From Callorhinchus milii (Eukaryota), in NCBI RefSeq assembly GCF_018977255.1, contig NW_024704742.1:19594001-19658000 (forward strand): a stretch of DNA of 64,000 nt, given 5' to 3'. A program made the position numbers and the translations under genes. The first letter of the stretch is position 1, and every line of letters starts with the position of its first letter. The notes below the pieces were generated by a model. It did not search any database. It saw nothing but the letters and a program-made list of their open reading frames with translations, and had not been told where the DNA came from. Shown here piece after piece: positions 25,494 through 40,400 of this stretch.

Positions 25494-28400
25494 GTACGAA
25501 TATAATTTTACATCTTTTCTGTTGAATACTTCAAGATATAGAAGGCATAGTTTTTGAAGACCAGGTTTAGATGCATTATAACATTTTTGAGTAATATCCT
25601 TCATTGAAGTAATTTAAATGTGATTGACCATAGAGGTTAAAGTGATGAAGTGAGAGATAAATTAATCTGTGTTAGTGCTGTCCTAATTTACAATCCATTG
25701 CTTCAACCGCAGCTTCCAGCATTGAGTCCTGCTGATCGGGACTCACCACCCTCTGTTTGAAGAAGTTCCTCCTAAATTCCCTGTTACTGCTGGCTATCTT
25801 ACATTCACTCCATTTTAAATCAATTTAACTATCTGACCTGCAGATGCTGCTGCCAATCTTTCTGCAGAAATTATTAACATTTCAACAGACTGTATTAAAA
25901 TACCAAAGGTTGGGTCAGTGAAGGATGAGACCAGAGTGTATCTGTCAGCTTTGCAACAAATCCTCAGTTAATGAGAACATAACAATATGTAGGACCAGAA
26001 AAGACAACTGCAGTCCAGAAGATAAATAAGTAATTTTATGTATTTCTTGTCTTCAATGTTTTAATAAGGTCTTCTCTTCACCAGTGTAAATATTCCCAGT
26101 TTCTGCAGCCTCTCATTATAATTCTGATGCAAATTGCAACTATTAATCGCTTTGCCCTGCGCTGTACCACCATATCTCCAAGACTTATACAGCCTTGAAT
26201 ACCACATCTCAGGTTTTTAAAATAAATGAAATGATCTCTCCCTCCCATTTGTGATTGAATCTTATATTAACACCCCATTATCGCCATAGTATTTCACCCA
26301 CAAGGAAGACCACCTGTCGGCCTCTCAACTTTCAATGTGTGACATAAGTGAAACTGCGAGTCCAATTAGGGTCTTAAAGTATGTGTTTACGAAGTAGTTT
26401 TAAAAAACTGTAGAAAATTGGGGCTCGGATTTTATAACAAGTGAACATTTTTGATTGCAGAAGACTTCAGCGGCTGGTCTAAGTCTTTCGAAGCATATAT
26501 TGTAAATACATGGACATCCGAATTTCAAACCACATTGAAACCATGTAGTAAGTCTCGCCTGTTAATGTATACTTATTTTGAATTGATTCGTGACCCATTA
26601 CGTTAACAGCATTCAAGAATTAATGTAGCTTTGGACTATATTATTAGTAGCTTTGGAACATTAAAAATTCTAACCTCACTATACTCAGTATCACATTTCA
26701 CAGGTCATCATGAGGGCTGTATTTTGATCATGTTAATTCTAGGGAAATCATAGATCCGTCAAGGGTAATATGTCAAAAGGCATAGAAATCTTGGTGAAAA
26801 TCATGAAACCACATATCTAATGCTAGTTTCTTGTTCTTTCCTTTTATCCTTTCATTTGGGGATTTTTGGCCAGGACACTGGAGAAACTCCCTTCTCTTTT
26901 TGAATAGTGACATCGGATCTTTAACATCCACCTGATCGGTTCACCACAAGCACTGCACTAGAGTGCCATCTTAGACTACGTGCGTTCAAGTCCCAACATG
27001 GGGTTTGAACTCACAACCTTCCGACTCAGATGAGAGTGCTATCAAATGAGCCTGTAGTAGATTAATACAGAAAAATGCAATGTAATGAGATTTGGCAAAG
27101 AAGGGCTAGGAGTTCATGCCCAAAATTGAAGACCTGGATGTCATCGGAGCAAATAAGAAAGACAAAACGGGACTAGGAAATTAGGGAGAAATTTTTCAGT
27201 AAAACAAATAGCACATCTGGCGTAACATGAAGTACCAAAGATTTCAAAAAGGAAAGGAACAAGTTCCTGGAAATCAAAATGCTTAATAGCCTCCTCACCA
27301 CATTGTGAATCCAACAAACCCACTCACACAGATTGAGTCAAACAACCTGTGATTCTGCTTTGTTGGATTCAGGGTTGTTAGGTGATGAGATAACGGGAAA
27401 AATCACAAATGCTTTTTTTTTCACATTCGTCAAGAAACATTAAAATTTCCCATTGGATTTGGAAGCACTATTCCTTTCCCATCCCCCAATGACTTCTGCA
27501 CAATGGTTGGGCCCCAAGCCAGTCCAAACATTTCAGTGCTGCTATTTTTGTTGCCGAAACAGCTAGTGGTTGCCATTGTTGTTATCAACACCATTTCAGT
27601 GCCAATTCACGTGATACCAACCTAATTCAATCTGAACTGACAGTGCCTAAGAGTTAAGTCATCACAAAGGTTACCTGGGGGAGACACACTTCATGTCCTG
27701 AGGTACCTTTTATGATGCTGTTTTCCCAATATGTATTTTTTCAGCTCCAGTGCCTCAGATAACCATGCACCTCCTGGGCATATACCCTTCAAACTAATTT
27801 AGTCTCACCTCTCAGACAATAAACTGACCTCCCCAAGAAGAAGAATATTGGGTTCTTGTAGTCAACTTGAAAGAGTGAAGGTCTGTGTGGCAGCACCGCA
27901 ATTCGAATGAATCTCAAGTACCACAAACGGATCTCAAATACAACTGGGATGCCGCAAAGCCTTTCCAGAACCACCAATTGCTCGTCCAGGCAGAAGAGGT
28001 CATTTGGGAGAACTGTCCCTCTTAAAATTTATCACATAAAACAAAATGGTGAAACTGGCACTGAGGTGAAGGTTAAGGAAGGATTTTAAATCAATGTTGA
28101 AGGGTATCCATAAATAATGACTCTTTGGCGAAATTACGGAGCTTATGTAGTTAATGAAAAAGGTCAGAGCTCCTTAAGACAAAATGCTGTTTCTGTTTTT
28201 GCTGTTTCTATGACTAACATCTTCTAGGACTTTCCTACGGTGTTGGTGGTGGTGGGGGGGGGGGGGTGGAAATAAGGGTGGGTAAGGTCCCCCTCTCCTT
28301 GGAGCTGAGCTGCCTCCAAGGTGACATGCGTGGCAAGGGAATATCGGGATTGAGCCAACCCTCTGGTCTTGATAGTCCGGTTCCAGAGATAGGCAGGTCT

Positions 28401-31400
28401 GCAGTACTCCAGGCAGTACACACAGAGTCTCCTTGGCTCCACATTGAAGTACTCGGCAACTGAATGTCGGAATCGAGGCCACCCTCTGTGATGGTTTCAG
28501 TAGCCCAGTTCTTGAGTGAGGCAGGTCAACAGCATTCCAGAGCACTGCTGTTGACAGTCCATCCAGACTGGTCCATCTGCAAAATAAATTGCTGTTATTC
28601 CTGCTGCTGCTGTTGGCATGCATTCTGAAGAGTTTGTAATAAATGTTGTGCTGTCATCCTGTGGGGCCCAAATGGTTTAACAGCAGCTTTCATCTTATTA
28701 TTTACACTCAACCTTCTTGACTGTAATGTGGCCTGTACTGTGTGTGCAACTCACTTCATTTCTTATGACAGCATAAGAACAGCAGTATTGATAGTGTTAC
28801 GGAGGAAATGCACTCACAGCCTGACTATTGCCATAATAACTCTTTCTAGGCAGCTGCAGAGACATTGCACATTTGATCATTGCATTTTGATTGTTGTTAG
28901 AGAAGGACACCATTATAACGGCCCCCTAGTGATGGGGGTGGGGTTGGGGTGGGACGGGAGACACACAGTAAGCCTACGTAGAGGGGAGGAGCAGAGGAAT
29001 GGGGCAGGAGAAGATCGGAAAGATAGGAAGGTGCTAAGGCCTGAAGAGAGTTATAGGTGAAGAATGTAAGAACAACAACAAATTACATTTGCATAATGCC
29101 TTTAATTTGTCGCAAAGGAATGGATGGTTAAGGATGTAAAAACGATTCTGGTTTAATTAACTTATATCATCTTCCATTAAGTTTTTTAATTACTGTTTTA
29201 TGATGATTTTTCACTAATTGAGTGCTGAGAACAAATCTGCAACTACCATTAGAACCCACAATGTGTCTGCATTGCAGAAATTCCAATCTTACTCCTACCA
29301 ATGATTTGTGTCTTTAATTTGGCAACAGGAGACTTCTAGTCACCAATACTGGGAAAGTATATCATTCCCCAGCACTAATCGACCTCAATACACAACATAT
29401 CAGCAACAAATATAAAGTTAAATGTTTTTCTTGAAAAAAACTATTTAAGATTGAAAATGGGAAAGACACAGTAATAAAGTGGCCTAATGTTAGAGGACTA
29501 GGCTTGAGGGTGTTTTGTACTACAAAAAGTTATTTTCTGGAGGTGGAGAGTGCGCATTTTACCGCACTTCAGGAAATCAGCAGGATAAATGTTAAACAAA
29601 TAAAATGACTTTTAAAAGCAACACGTAAAATGTATCTCTACTTAGATATATATCTTAAGTAAAATGTATCATTTACAGATATTTCTTTGAATGGGCATTA
29701 AACCAAGTTCTCACTTTCTACAAACGTATTTGCAATACAAAAGCCTAGACTGTGAGTTCCAAATCCCGATGTGGGACTTAAACCCACAACCTTCTGACTT
29801 AGAGGAGAGAGTGCTATCAACTGAGTTAGGCTGAGACCTCTTCCGTAACACCTAATACAGCAGCTGCTATCCATTTGGAAAGCTTGAAATTTCCAACATT
29901 TGGCCCACAAAATATACAGTCAAATTCACTTAACATTATACACTGTGAAGCGCTTGGAGATGTCTTGAAGACGTGATAAGGAGCTATATCAAAATGCAAG
30001 GATTATTATTATTATTTTCGTTTTACATTTACACGTGAGTATGTGTCGTCAGATAAATGATACAATCATGTCACACGCATAAGCAAAACCATTCAAAGTT
30101 GTCTTTTCAATCGCCCAATACTGAAATAACAGGCCAGAACCTGGGAGACTTGCCTGATTATCAATATCGACTTAACTTCCTCCATTTTCTCCCATTTACA
30201 CTACATTACACGTTAGTTCTCTGCAGTGTCAAACTTACATCAGCAGGTAAAATTAAAATGTAAAAGTGGTATAAAAGTATATTTGTTTTGTGAACCCAAT
30301 TCCGATGAATAATATGTTGCAACATTTCTTTTTGTGTAGATCTTGAGTACACGTCAAGGAATGCATGTAGATGCAGTAGCACAGAGCTCAACTGTGATGA
30401 TGGTAATCTGGATACACTCCCTTTTGTGTCAACCAATTTGATACTTCTGTAAGTATAGCAGCATTTGCAATTCTTGTCTTGAAGGCATTTTTGTTTCATT
30501 CATTGCTTCTTCACTCATCTGTGTCTCAACCAGGTCTTTCAAGGACAATAAGCTAACAAAACTTTATCCTGATGGTTTCAGCAGATACCAAAGCCTCAGT
30601 GAGCTGTAAGTATACACATTGTTTAACACACTTGCGTAAAATATGTGGAAATAATGATCCTATTTAACATAACACCTTAAACTTTGAAATATCTGTGGTG
30701 GTATCAGTACTTAGGTTCCTGAGCCACATAAGTCTGCAGTACTCTAAGGCTCCACTGAAAACTAACTAAACAGCCTGTTTTGTCAGCTTAGAGGATAGGC
30801 CCCCATTGAAGATAGAAATTCTTCCCACTCGCCTACTGAAAACCATGAAAGACATAGGAGACAGAATGGTTCCAGCTGGACAAGCAATGGGAAGTTTTCC
30901 AGGAAATGCTCTCATTAGGAAGCGCATTTCACCCACAAAATATACAGTCAATTCACTCTACAGTATATTCTGTGAAGCGCTTTGAGACGTCTCGAAGACA
31001 TGATAAGGCACTATATCAAATGCAAGGATTATTATTATATATATTATATATACATATTATTAAACTCCAGCAGTATCCCGATACAGACTCTGGCATCTCC
31101 AAACCTTGACTCTCACCAACTTGTGTCAAACACTCACCAGAAATATCTTTAATTTTGCTTTCCCGGTGTTGATTTGGCAAGGAGAGTCAAAATCCCTGCT
31201 ATTTATTTGGAAAATGTATTTAGAGCCAGTCTTAGCTTGTAGCTTCGTGAAATGACTGAAATCACACCAGCTCCTTTTCCAGTTAACAAATAGGCTTTTA
31301 ATTCCAGATGTTATACAAATCTTATAAATTTATATTTGTCCATACACAGAATTTAAAATCAGTGAGTAAAAGATTAAGCAAAATAGAAAAAAGGAAGGAT

Positions 31401-34400
31401 TTACCGACAATCTGTTTTGCTTAGCAAAAAGGGTACTCTTTTTCACAGTACAGAAACAATCAGGTAGGTCTCTGTCTCAGTCTCTCTTTCTCTCGACTTT
31501 GTTCTGATCTTCAGACATGCCGTTGTCCCCAAAAGCCTCTCCAAATAAACAGTTTCTGTGGTCGGCTTACACTCAGCAAAAAAGCCTTTGAATTTAACAA
31601 GTCATTGTTTTCAACTTCAGAGAAGCTTCTAAGGACACATTCAGTTATTCAGTTTAAGAATAATCCTCATAAGGGATATGAGGCAAAGGCGGGTATTTGG
31701 AGTTGAGGTACATATCAGCCATGATCTAATAGAATGGCAGAACAGGCTCAAGGGGCTGAATTGCCTACTCCTGTTTCTTATGTTCATGCGAACAAACTTG
31801 CCCATTATCGTCAAGGCAATGACTGTGAAACATCTTAATCGGAACACGAAATCATAGTAACTAATAATAACAATCCTTACATTTATTATAATGCCTTTCA
31901 TGTCTGGAGGATGTCCCAAAGAGATTCACAGGATATATGGCCAAGTGGAAGGACTGTGTATTCTGTAGGGGAAAATTTAAACCTAAGCATGAATATCTTG
32001 GAAAGCAATACCCTCCCGGTGTAGGACTCTGCTGCAGGCTGGGGGGAGGGTGGGGGGGATCACACACAATTTCTGTGTGTGTTTTCACACACAAACTACT
32101 GACACGTAAGGCTTATTATTGTTTTAAATTTGAAGACAAAATGGTCTTCACAGGCTAAGACTAAATAGCCTCTTGTTTTGTGCCACTTTTAGGCAGCTGA
32201 AGCCATTGCAATTTCACATCTTTAGATTTTAAATATTGAATTAATATTATGTATTTTTGTTTCAGGTACTTACAAAACAATCAGATAACAACAATTTCTG
32301 GGCGGGCGTTTAAGGGATTGTACAATCTTACCAAACTGTGAGTATTTGCTTATTGCTGGAACATTCTTTGATCTGAAGGATAACTCAATGTTTTTTGATC
32401 CATAAAAATCAATCTGCTTCACAATTGTGTTCTGTCTTTCACTTTTCCTATTTTCTTCCTGAATATTATAACAATAATTATTAATAATAATAATCCTTGC
32501 ATTTGATATGTATTTCATATCGGGTTGCATCTCAAAGAGCTTCAGAGGATTAGATGTAGAGAAAGGAGACTATTATTTTATTCTTATGTGCATTTGGGTA
32601 AATATTCTGTGTTTTTTCTTGATTACATTTGGGAAATATCTATGCAAAACTTTCTTCCAGCAGATAGAGTGGGTGGGACAGTGTAAGAGCGAGTAGGTTT
32701 TTGTGAAAGGAATGTGAAATTGATGGGCTGAATAAATGTTTCTTGCTTCTTGGAATCTTGTGTTCTCAAAGAGCAAGGCTCTTGAAAAGAGATGCCTCAA
32801 AGGAGATAATGAAACCTCTATATGATACAAAACAGGATTAAAAAGTAAACGAAGCATACTTTCAGATTATTACCCCCAAAGTGCAAAGCAAGGGGGTAGA
32901 ATTTTACTGATGTGAAAGACAATTTAATAAAAATAATAATAATAATCCTTGCATTTGATATAGTGCCTTATCATGTCTTTGAGACATCTCAAAGTGATTC
33001 ACAAAATACACTCTAAAGTAAATTGACTGTACATTTTGTGGGCGAAACCAGCAGCCAATTGCTCACAGCAGTGTCCCACAAACAATCATAGAAAAAGATC
33101 ACATTACATAATCCAGTCAATATATTTTGAGTGCTGTTGCGATGCAGAGAAATGTAATGTAAATGATGTTTCAGACAAATAAATTGGTTTTCTTTCATTT
33201 ACTTTCCACTTCATTGGGAGAGATGTACCATCTTTGATAATTGGATTTCACTTCTGGTCCCAGCCATAGATTTCACTTGACCTGTGAGATATTTCTGCTA
33301 AAAGTATCTTGCAGATATTTCATTTTCAGATCACTATAAAAATCCATTGCATTGCTGTGAGCCTCACTCACGGTGCAAATCAAAAAGAGTGAAGAAAAAG
33401 ACTAAATAGGCAAGATTATATGTTTGTTTAACATGTATTTTTAAGCAGAAAGTATTTGACATTGACAGTATTTTGTCGTCAAATTTATCAACGCATGAAA
33501 GCAGAATTATTCTCCTCTTCCGAAAGCATTTATCAAACTATAGCTGACTATGCTTAGAATGTGATTTTCCCATTATAATTGCCCACCATCAGAGATCTGT
33601 ATGTAAATTTACCAACAAGTGCGGAACAGCCAACCAGAGTTTATAAGAGTAGCAAATGTGAGTGAGTTATTGAGCCAAGTAAAGCAAACTATTACTATAT
33701 GTCAATGTTTCAATACCTTCCTCGTTTATCGTGCTTTGGGCCATTTCCCCTCTCCCACTCCCCCAACCTATCGATACCCACCCCCAACTCAGGCACAAAG
33801 CTTAGACTGTCCAGTGCCTTGGGATATCTTCCCGACGTGAAAGGCACAGTATAAATGTTAATTTTTATTGTATTGTAACTCTTACCTCTCTTCATATAAA
33901 ATAAAATAATAATAATTTCTAATAGTTAGCACCTATAAGACCTTTTATGTTGGGAAGATGTCTCAAAGCGCACCATGAATTGTAATGTAAAATGTGGTGA
34001 CTGTGTGTTTGGTTGGTGAATGCTTATTTTGTAGGTGAATGCAGCAGCCAAACTGTGCAGAGCAATGTTTTGCATTTTAAAATAATTAAATATTTTTGAT
34101 TTGTGTACCAACACTAATGCTGGTGGGTGGTTGCCACAGGATCTGGTTCGCTTACACCATCTCTTGCTTTGTTCCTGTTATGTAAGGGCGCTGAGAGCTT
34201 GTAAAGCCAAGTTAGTCGTATTGTTCTTTTGCCAATTGCGCACATGATATTCCTCACATGATAGAGACAGTTAGTGTTAATTCCACTTGCTTGTGTAATG
34301 CAATTTCAATTCTCGCAAAAGAGAACTGTTTGGACTAGGAAAACAGCGGGAACAGATGTCTAAAGAATAATTAAAGATTATCATCATAAGTCACATTGGG

Positions 34401-37400
34401 CTAAGCTTCAATGCATGCCATTAAATAGCTTTATTAGCAGAGTCTACAGCATACAAAACATGTGCCAAATTTCTGTCTTATTAACAGTGGTATTTTTATG
34501 ATGTGCTCCTATAGGGAAGGGAATGGCTGCCGCATTTCACCCAAAAAATACAGAGTAAATCCACTTTACAATATATTTTGAGAAGCTCTTCGAAACGTCT
34601 CAATGACGTATAAATCTACCAAATGCAAGGATTATTATTATTATCAATAGAGAAGAATTTGAATGAGGTTTGCATTCTCAGACCTAATGATCCAGGTGTT
34701 TCAAATATTATAAGGCACAGAATCATGTAAACATACTCAAACTATCTGGCATGGATTTTTTGAGTGCAGCATGGGAGGACACAAGTTTAATAATAATATT
34801 GACCTTTGGTGCAGCCCCTTTCAAGTCAGGAGGACATCTCAAAGCAATTCACAGGATATGCTACATTATATTATTATACTATATTTTGTAGGCAAATACA
34901 GCATCCAAAACACTGCCTAGAAATGAATGACCTTTTTAGCTGGAGAATTGTTTCCCAGGACATCACAAGAAACTCCCTTCTCTTTTTATATTTTGCTATG
35001 GGTTCTATAATGTCCACCTGACCAGACAGACAGGACTTTGGTTTAATTTCTTATGAGAAGGTTGCACCCACAGCAAGCATTGCAGAGTCAGCCAGGATTA
35101 TGAAAGTTTAGAGTTTTGACGTGGGGTTTGAGTCCACAAACCTCTGACTCACAGGCGAGAGTGCGACCAACTGAGTCCAGCTGACACTAGCTCAGAGGAC
35201 TATGTGATTTCTTCAGGCCAGCATCAACAGCGAAGATGTGGGAATGAATAAACATTCCAAAGTTTTTTCATTCAGTTTGAAAGTAATGCTGTGGAGGAAA
35301 AATAGAAAATGATTTCCCACAGAAAAAGAAATATGTAAAGTAGATTCCTAGGAAAAAAAACAGTGATACAAGAACAATTCAGGACTTCAAAAGAGGACCT
35401 TGATAACTACCCTTCTAGGAGCTGTAATGCTAAGAATTGGTAGAAGTGGACATAAACAGATTTCCAGAAGAGGTGATGGAGCTGGGATGGGAGGATGATG
35501 TGGTGTCGTCATGGCAGTGTGCCAGCATCAACAGTGGAGGTGTGGAATACGTATATATTCCAAAGTTCCTGCTTGATATAATTTTGGAATCAGAGACTTT
35601 CATTCAGATTTGCCTACCTCGGACTGAATGTTCACTTTAGCAGCCAGGAACCCTCTTAAGTGGGATATACGATTTTAAATGGGAATGAGAAAGTAAATCC
35701 AGAACAATTTTTTCCGACTTGCCAGGGCAACAGGACAAGAAGCAAAGGTAATGGTTTGTGCAGGGCAAAATTAGGACAGACACCATGAAATATTTTCTTA
35801 CACACAGGGTAATATCCAGCTTGGACGGGTTACCAGAAAGAATAGCTGAGGCATGATGCTGGACTCATTTAAGATGCAGTTTGATGCTGTTATGGGAAGA
35901 TGTCAGGGTGGATGTTCTGGTTAGATGAGATCAAGTAGACTGAAGGGGCTTGTTCATCCAAATCTCTCTTGTGATTTTGTGAAGCAATTTGGTAGAAGTT
36001 AATATATATTTAAATACTCCATGGAATCACTAATTGATTCATTATTAAGTTTGATCAAATTATCAAACTTGATCAAATATGAAGAACAGTACGCAAGGTC
36101 TTCCATATCCCCAAAATGCTTCCAATTCTTCAATCGAATTTCAAATTTTCACAGCTTTTTGCTAATAGAGTCTATCCACACATGTTCAGTGCATTATTAT
36201 CTGCATTATAGGTCTGAGAATGGAAGTTGTGCTTATAATAATCACTGGGTAACGTAAGGTCAGCTATTAAAAAGTGAATCCCCTGAAAGTTCCTTCATAT
36301 AATTTAACCAAACTACTGCAAATTAAATGTCAGTCCTGAATACCAGTTAATTTGGCCTAATGAGTTTAGTCATCAAAGCACTTCTGACAGACCTGAAATT
36401 TCTCATGTTCTTAAGCTTAAGATTATTGTCTTAAAATGTTAAGACCATGCAGATGTTTGCAAAATAGTCCTAAAATCAGTCAGATTTTGGAAGCCAAGTT
36501 TTTACAGTACGCAAAAGGGAACTGGAGGAAATCATCTTCTAAATTGGCTGAATTTAAGACTGTTTTCAAACAATCGTAAATATTTTGAAAATGATCTCAA
36601 GCCTAAGGAGACCAAAAAAAGTGTTTTAAAACAACAAGGAATGTCAAGAATTCAAACTACAACAACAATAACAGGATTACATTTGTATAGTGCCTTTCAT
36701 GTCGGGAGGACATCCCAAGGAGCTGACACTAGTGAAACTAGTACTCAATAGGCTCCAATGTGTAGTATTCCTTAGAGGGGTAATAAGGAATCTGAGTCAT
36801 TCAAATGGGGAATCCTGATACCCATATGCATGTTCTCCATCTATGTCCGGCCAAAGAAAATTCTAACCGGAATTAATAAATAAAAAATCCATTAAGAAAT
36901 ACTGGACCGCAAATTAAACCCCAATCTTCCCATTGCTACTCATTCTTTTATTTTGATTGAGCCTGTTGAGCCTGTTCCAGTTTATTAGATCTTGGCAGAT
37001 CTTTTAATCCCAATGCCGTGCTATTCCTCCATTCATCTTAACACCTCTATTTCTCTTTTAAACATACTTGCCCTTTCCCTCTTTGTTGGAAGCAATCATT
37101 GAATTGAAGGTAGACAAGGCTGAAAGCAAGTTATAACCTTCATGATTAGAGGAAAGAAGTCAGGCTGACACCTGTGGTAAAGAAATCCTTCCTGATGTCT
37201 GTCCCGAAATTAGTCCTTCACAACAATAACAACAAAATTACATTTCTATCGCGCCTTTCAAGTCGAGAGGACGTCTCAAGGTACTGGACAATCTGCGTTT
37301 CAGACCCGAGCTGGGGGATTGGGATTGGGGATGGTGGAGGGCAGAGGGGAAGGAGGGTGATCAAAAGTACGGTCGAAGAAGAGGGTCTTGAGATGGGTCT

Positions 37401-40400
37401 TCAAGGAGGCAAGGGAGGGGGTAAGGCAGAGGGATGCAGGATGGAGTTCCAGGTGGGGGCAGAGTGACAGAAGGTCCACCTACCAATGGTGGGGCGGGTG
37501 AGGTGGGGGACGTGAAGCAGGCCGGAGATCTCTGAGCGGAGGGAGCAGGCAGGGTGATAGGGGGTTAGGAGGTCCCAGAAGTAGGGGGCATCGAGGCCAT
37601 GGAGGGCTTTGAAGGTAAGGACCAGGATCTTGAACTGTATCCTCTGTGTGATGGGAAGCCAGTGGAGTCAGACAAGGATGGGGTGTTAGGGTCACGGAGC
37701 CTGGTGCGGGAGAGGATACGGGCTGCAGAGTTCTGGATTATCTGCAGGCTATGAAGGGAGGAGTTGGGAGGCCAACAAGCAATGAGTTTCCATAATCAAG
37801 CCTGAATGTTATGAATGCGGCCTGTGGTGTGAGACAGTGGTGGAGCCGAGCGGTGTTGTGGAGGTGGGGAAAAGCAGAGCGGTCATGGCACGGATGTGGG
37901 GTAGAAAGAATAGTTGAGGGTCAAACAAGTCCACCTCGACTCTTTGACTAATGTTGGATACTGACTAATGTTGGATTGAAAAAATTGACTAATTCATCAC
38001 TGGTGATATTATCATGCCATTGAAAATTCTACCTCTTTAGATGGCTAAGGTTGAACTAAGGTGGAGCATCCCCTTCCCCTGACTTTGTGACAATGATTGG
38101 GTTCCATGCCAACTGGCTTACAGCCACCATTGAATGTACCACCCCACGACTGGGCTGTTTTAATGCCACGGCTTTAAAATTCAACTGGAGAAGGGAAAAA
38201 GGCAAGTCAAAAGCAGTCGTAAACCTTAGCTCCATCACCATGCTATAGCACGTAAGGCCATAAAAGCAGCCCAGTGATGTAAGAATAAAATATGCTGAGG
38301 ACGTCAGTCTGCAAACAGCAATTCTTAACCCCACTGTCTACTTCTAAACATCCCAAGGTGCTTCCCTGAGTGAAGGGTGCTATATTAATGCAAGTTGTTG
38401 TTGTTGGTAGGACAGGGAAGTAGGATTGAATAGCCATGCAGACCTCGCAATGGGCTGCATGCCTCCTTATGTGCTGTTAATTCCTATGATTCTACCTTCC
38501 TGAGATAGTCCCAATATATATCAGTGAGCACAAAACAGTCACCATTAACCAAAAAGAGACTTCAGCCGCCACAATTTCCTAAACCTGCTTTCCTTTGTGA
38601 TTACTGATTATTTAAATGCACATGTAGCCATGTGTTTTTAATTTTGCTCTTTTTTTTCATTTGTTTTTCCAAATGATTACTGTGGTAAAATATGATTTGC
38701 ATCTAATTTGTTTCATCCGTGGGGACTTGCCTCAGGGCCTGCAGATTCTGCACGCAGCCACGTAACATGAAAAATCCAGTTAGGTTCCCTTTGACGTTGC
38801 TAGCAAGCGATATTTGTGACCTAGGGGATTAGGGCTTCAGATTAAGGTGTATCTGGTTCCGAACGCTGAACTGAAGCTAGATGCTCGTATTTCTTTCTAA
38901 AATATTTCTTTCTAAAATTCAATACCAAACATTTTTTATAAGGCTAAATACCAAGTTTGTTATATCTATTGGATTGCTTTAGTTATTTACAAAGAGAATA
39001 ATTTTAATAATGAGGCTAGCCACACAAATACATTTATTAACGTTGTTACTAACATTTCCGAGGAATCCAATTGCAAAAGTATCCAAAATTACATTTCGCC
39101 CACAAAATACACAGTCAATTCCCTTTACTACTACTAGTATCCTGTGAAGCTCTTTGAGACGTCTCAGCAACGTGATAAGGCGCTATATCAAATGGAAGGA
39201 CTGTTGTAGGTATTAGTTTGTGTTAGTTTGAGCTGACTATCCACTCTGCAAGGCATGATAACCTGGGAATTTCAAAAGAAATTTATTGCATGAAGTTATT
39301 GGATTTTTTTTCAGTTTATGTTTGAAAGTTCCAGAATTCATTATGATTGCTGCAAAATGACCATACAATTGACATAAGAGGCAGAAAAGCATTTTATAGT
39401 ATTTATTCCCTGTTTTAGAGTGAGCTTTTGAACTTCAGAGTGTGGGAGGGATTCTGAAGGAAAACTTCTAGTGCAGTGAAGTGGGTCAGAATACCATATC
39501 GGTCCACTTAAACAAAGTTGTTTTTCAACTAGCTTTGTTAATCACATGCTGCTTGTGCTCATAATATATCACCAGGGATCAGTACCTAATGCGTTTAATC
39601 TGAAATGCTTCTAGAAATTTAAATTTAAAAAAATTGGGATTGATAAATGGGATGTTTTCATGAGAGATTCAATAATTGATGAATCTGTTAACAAATCTGT
39701 CAGGGAGTCACATTTGAAAGCCAGGCATCAAATTCTGAATTTAAGAATTTTCCCAAATTTCACAATCTTAAATTTTAAGACAATCTTAAAGCTAAAACCA
39801 TGCTGAATTTCAGGCCTCAAGTGTGATCATGGCAATACACAATTATAAACCACTTTTCTTGACTTATCCATATATCCCAACATTTTATTCACTTTCCTTC
39901 TTTGCTGATTATTTCATAGAAGTATGTATTCAAATAGATGTGCATTCATTTGGTGAAGTGATGATAACACATTAAATACAGCTGCAAGTGTGGTTTTCAT
40001 GTATTATCCACACCCTTCCCAAAAAGGTCTACACATTATATATGTAGGAAAAAAACATCACAAAATAGGGGGTAACAATTGTGAAATTTGTGACAATAAA
40101 TGCATCTTTAAAAAGTTTTCTTTCTTTTCAGGTATTTGACTGACAATAACATAACCATGTTGCCTCCAAGAGTGTTTGAAGATCTTCATAGCGTTAAATG
40201 GCTGTAAGTGAATCAATTATTTTCATTTATTTTACTGCCTCTTTAATATACGACAAACTCATACCATTTTACGTTTTACTTTGCGCTATCTACTTAGTAG
40301 CTGACCGTAGAGATAAGTGATGTAATAAATACTGTATGCCTTTCAAATGGCAATGTTCAATATGCTGATTTTTATTTAGAATTGTATTTTTGTTGGAAAA

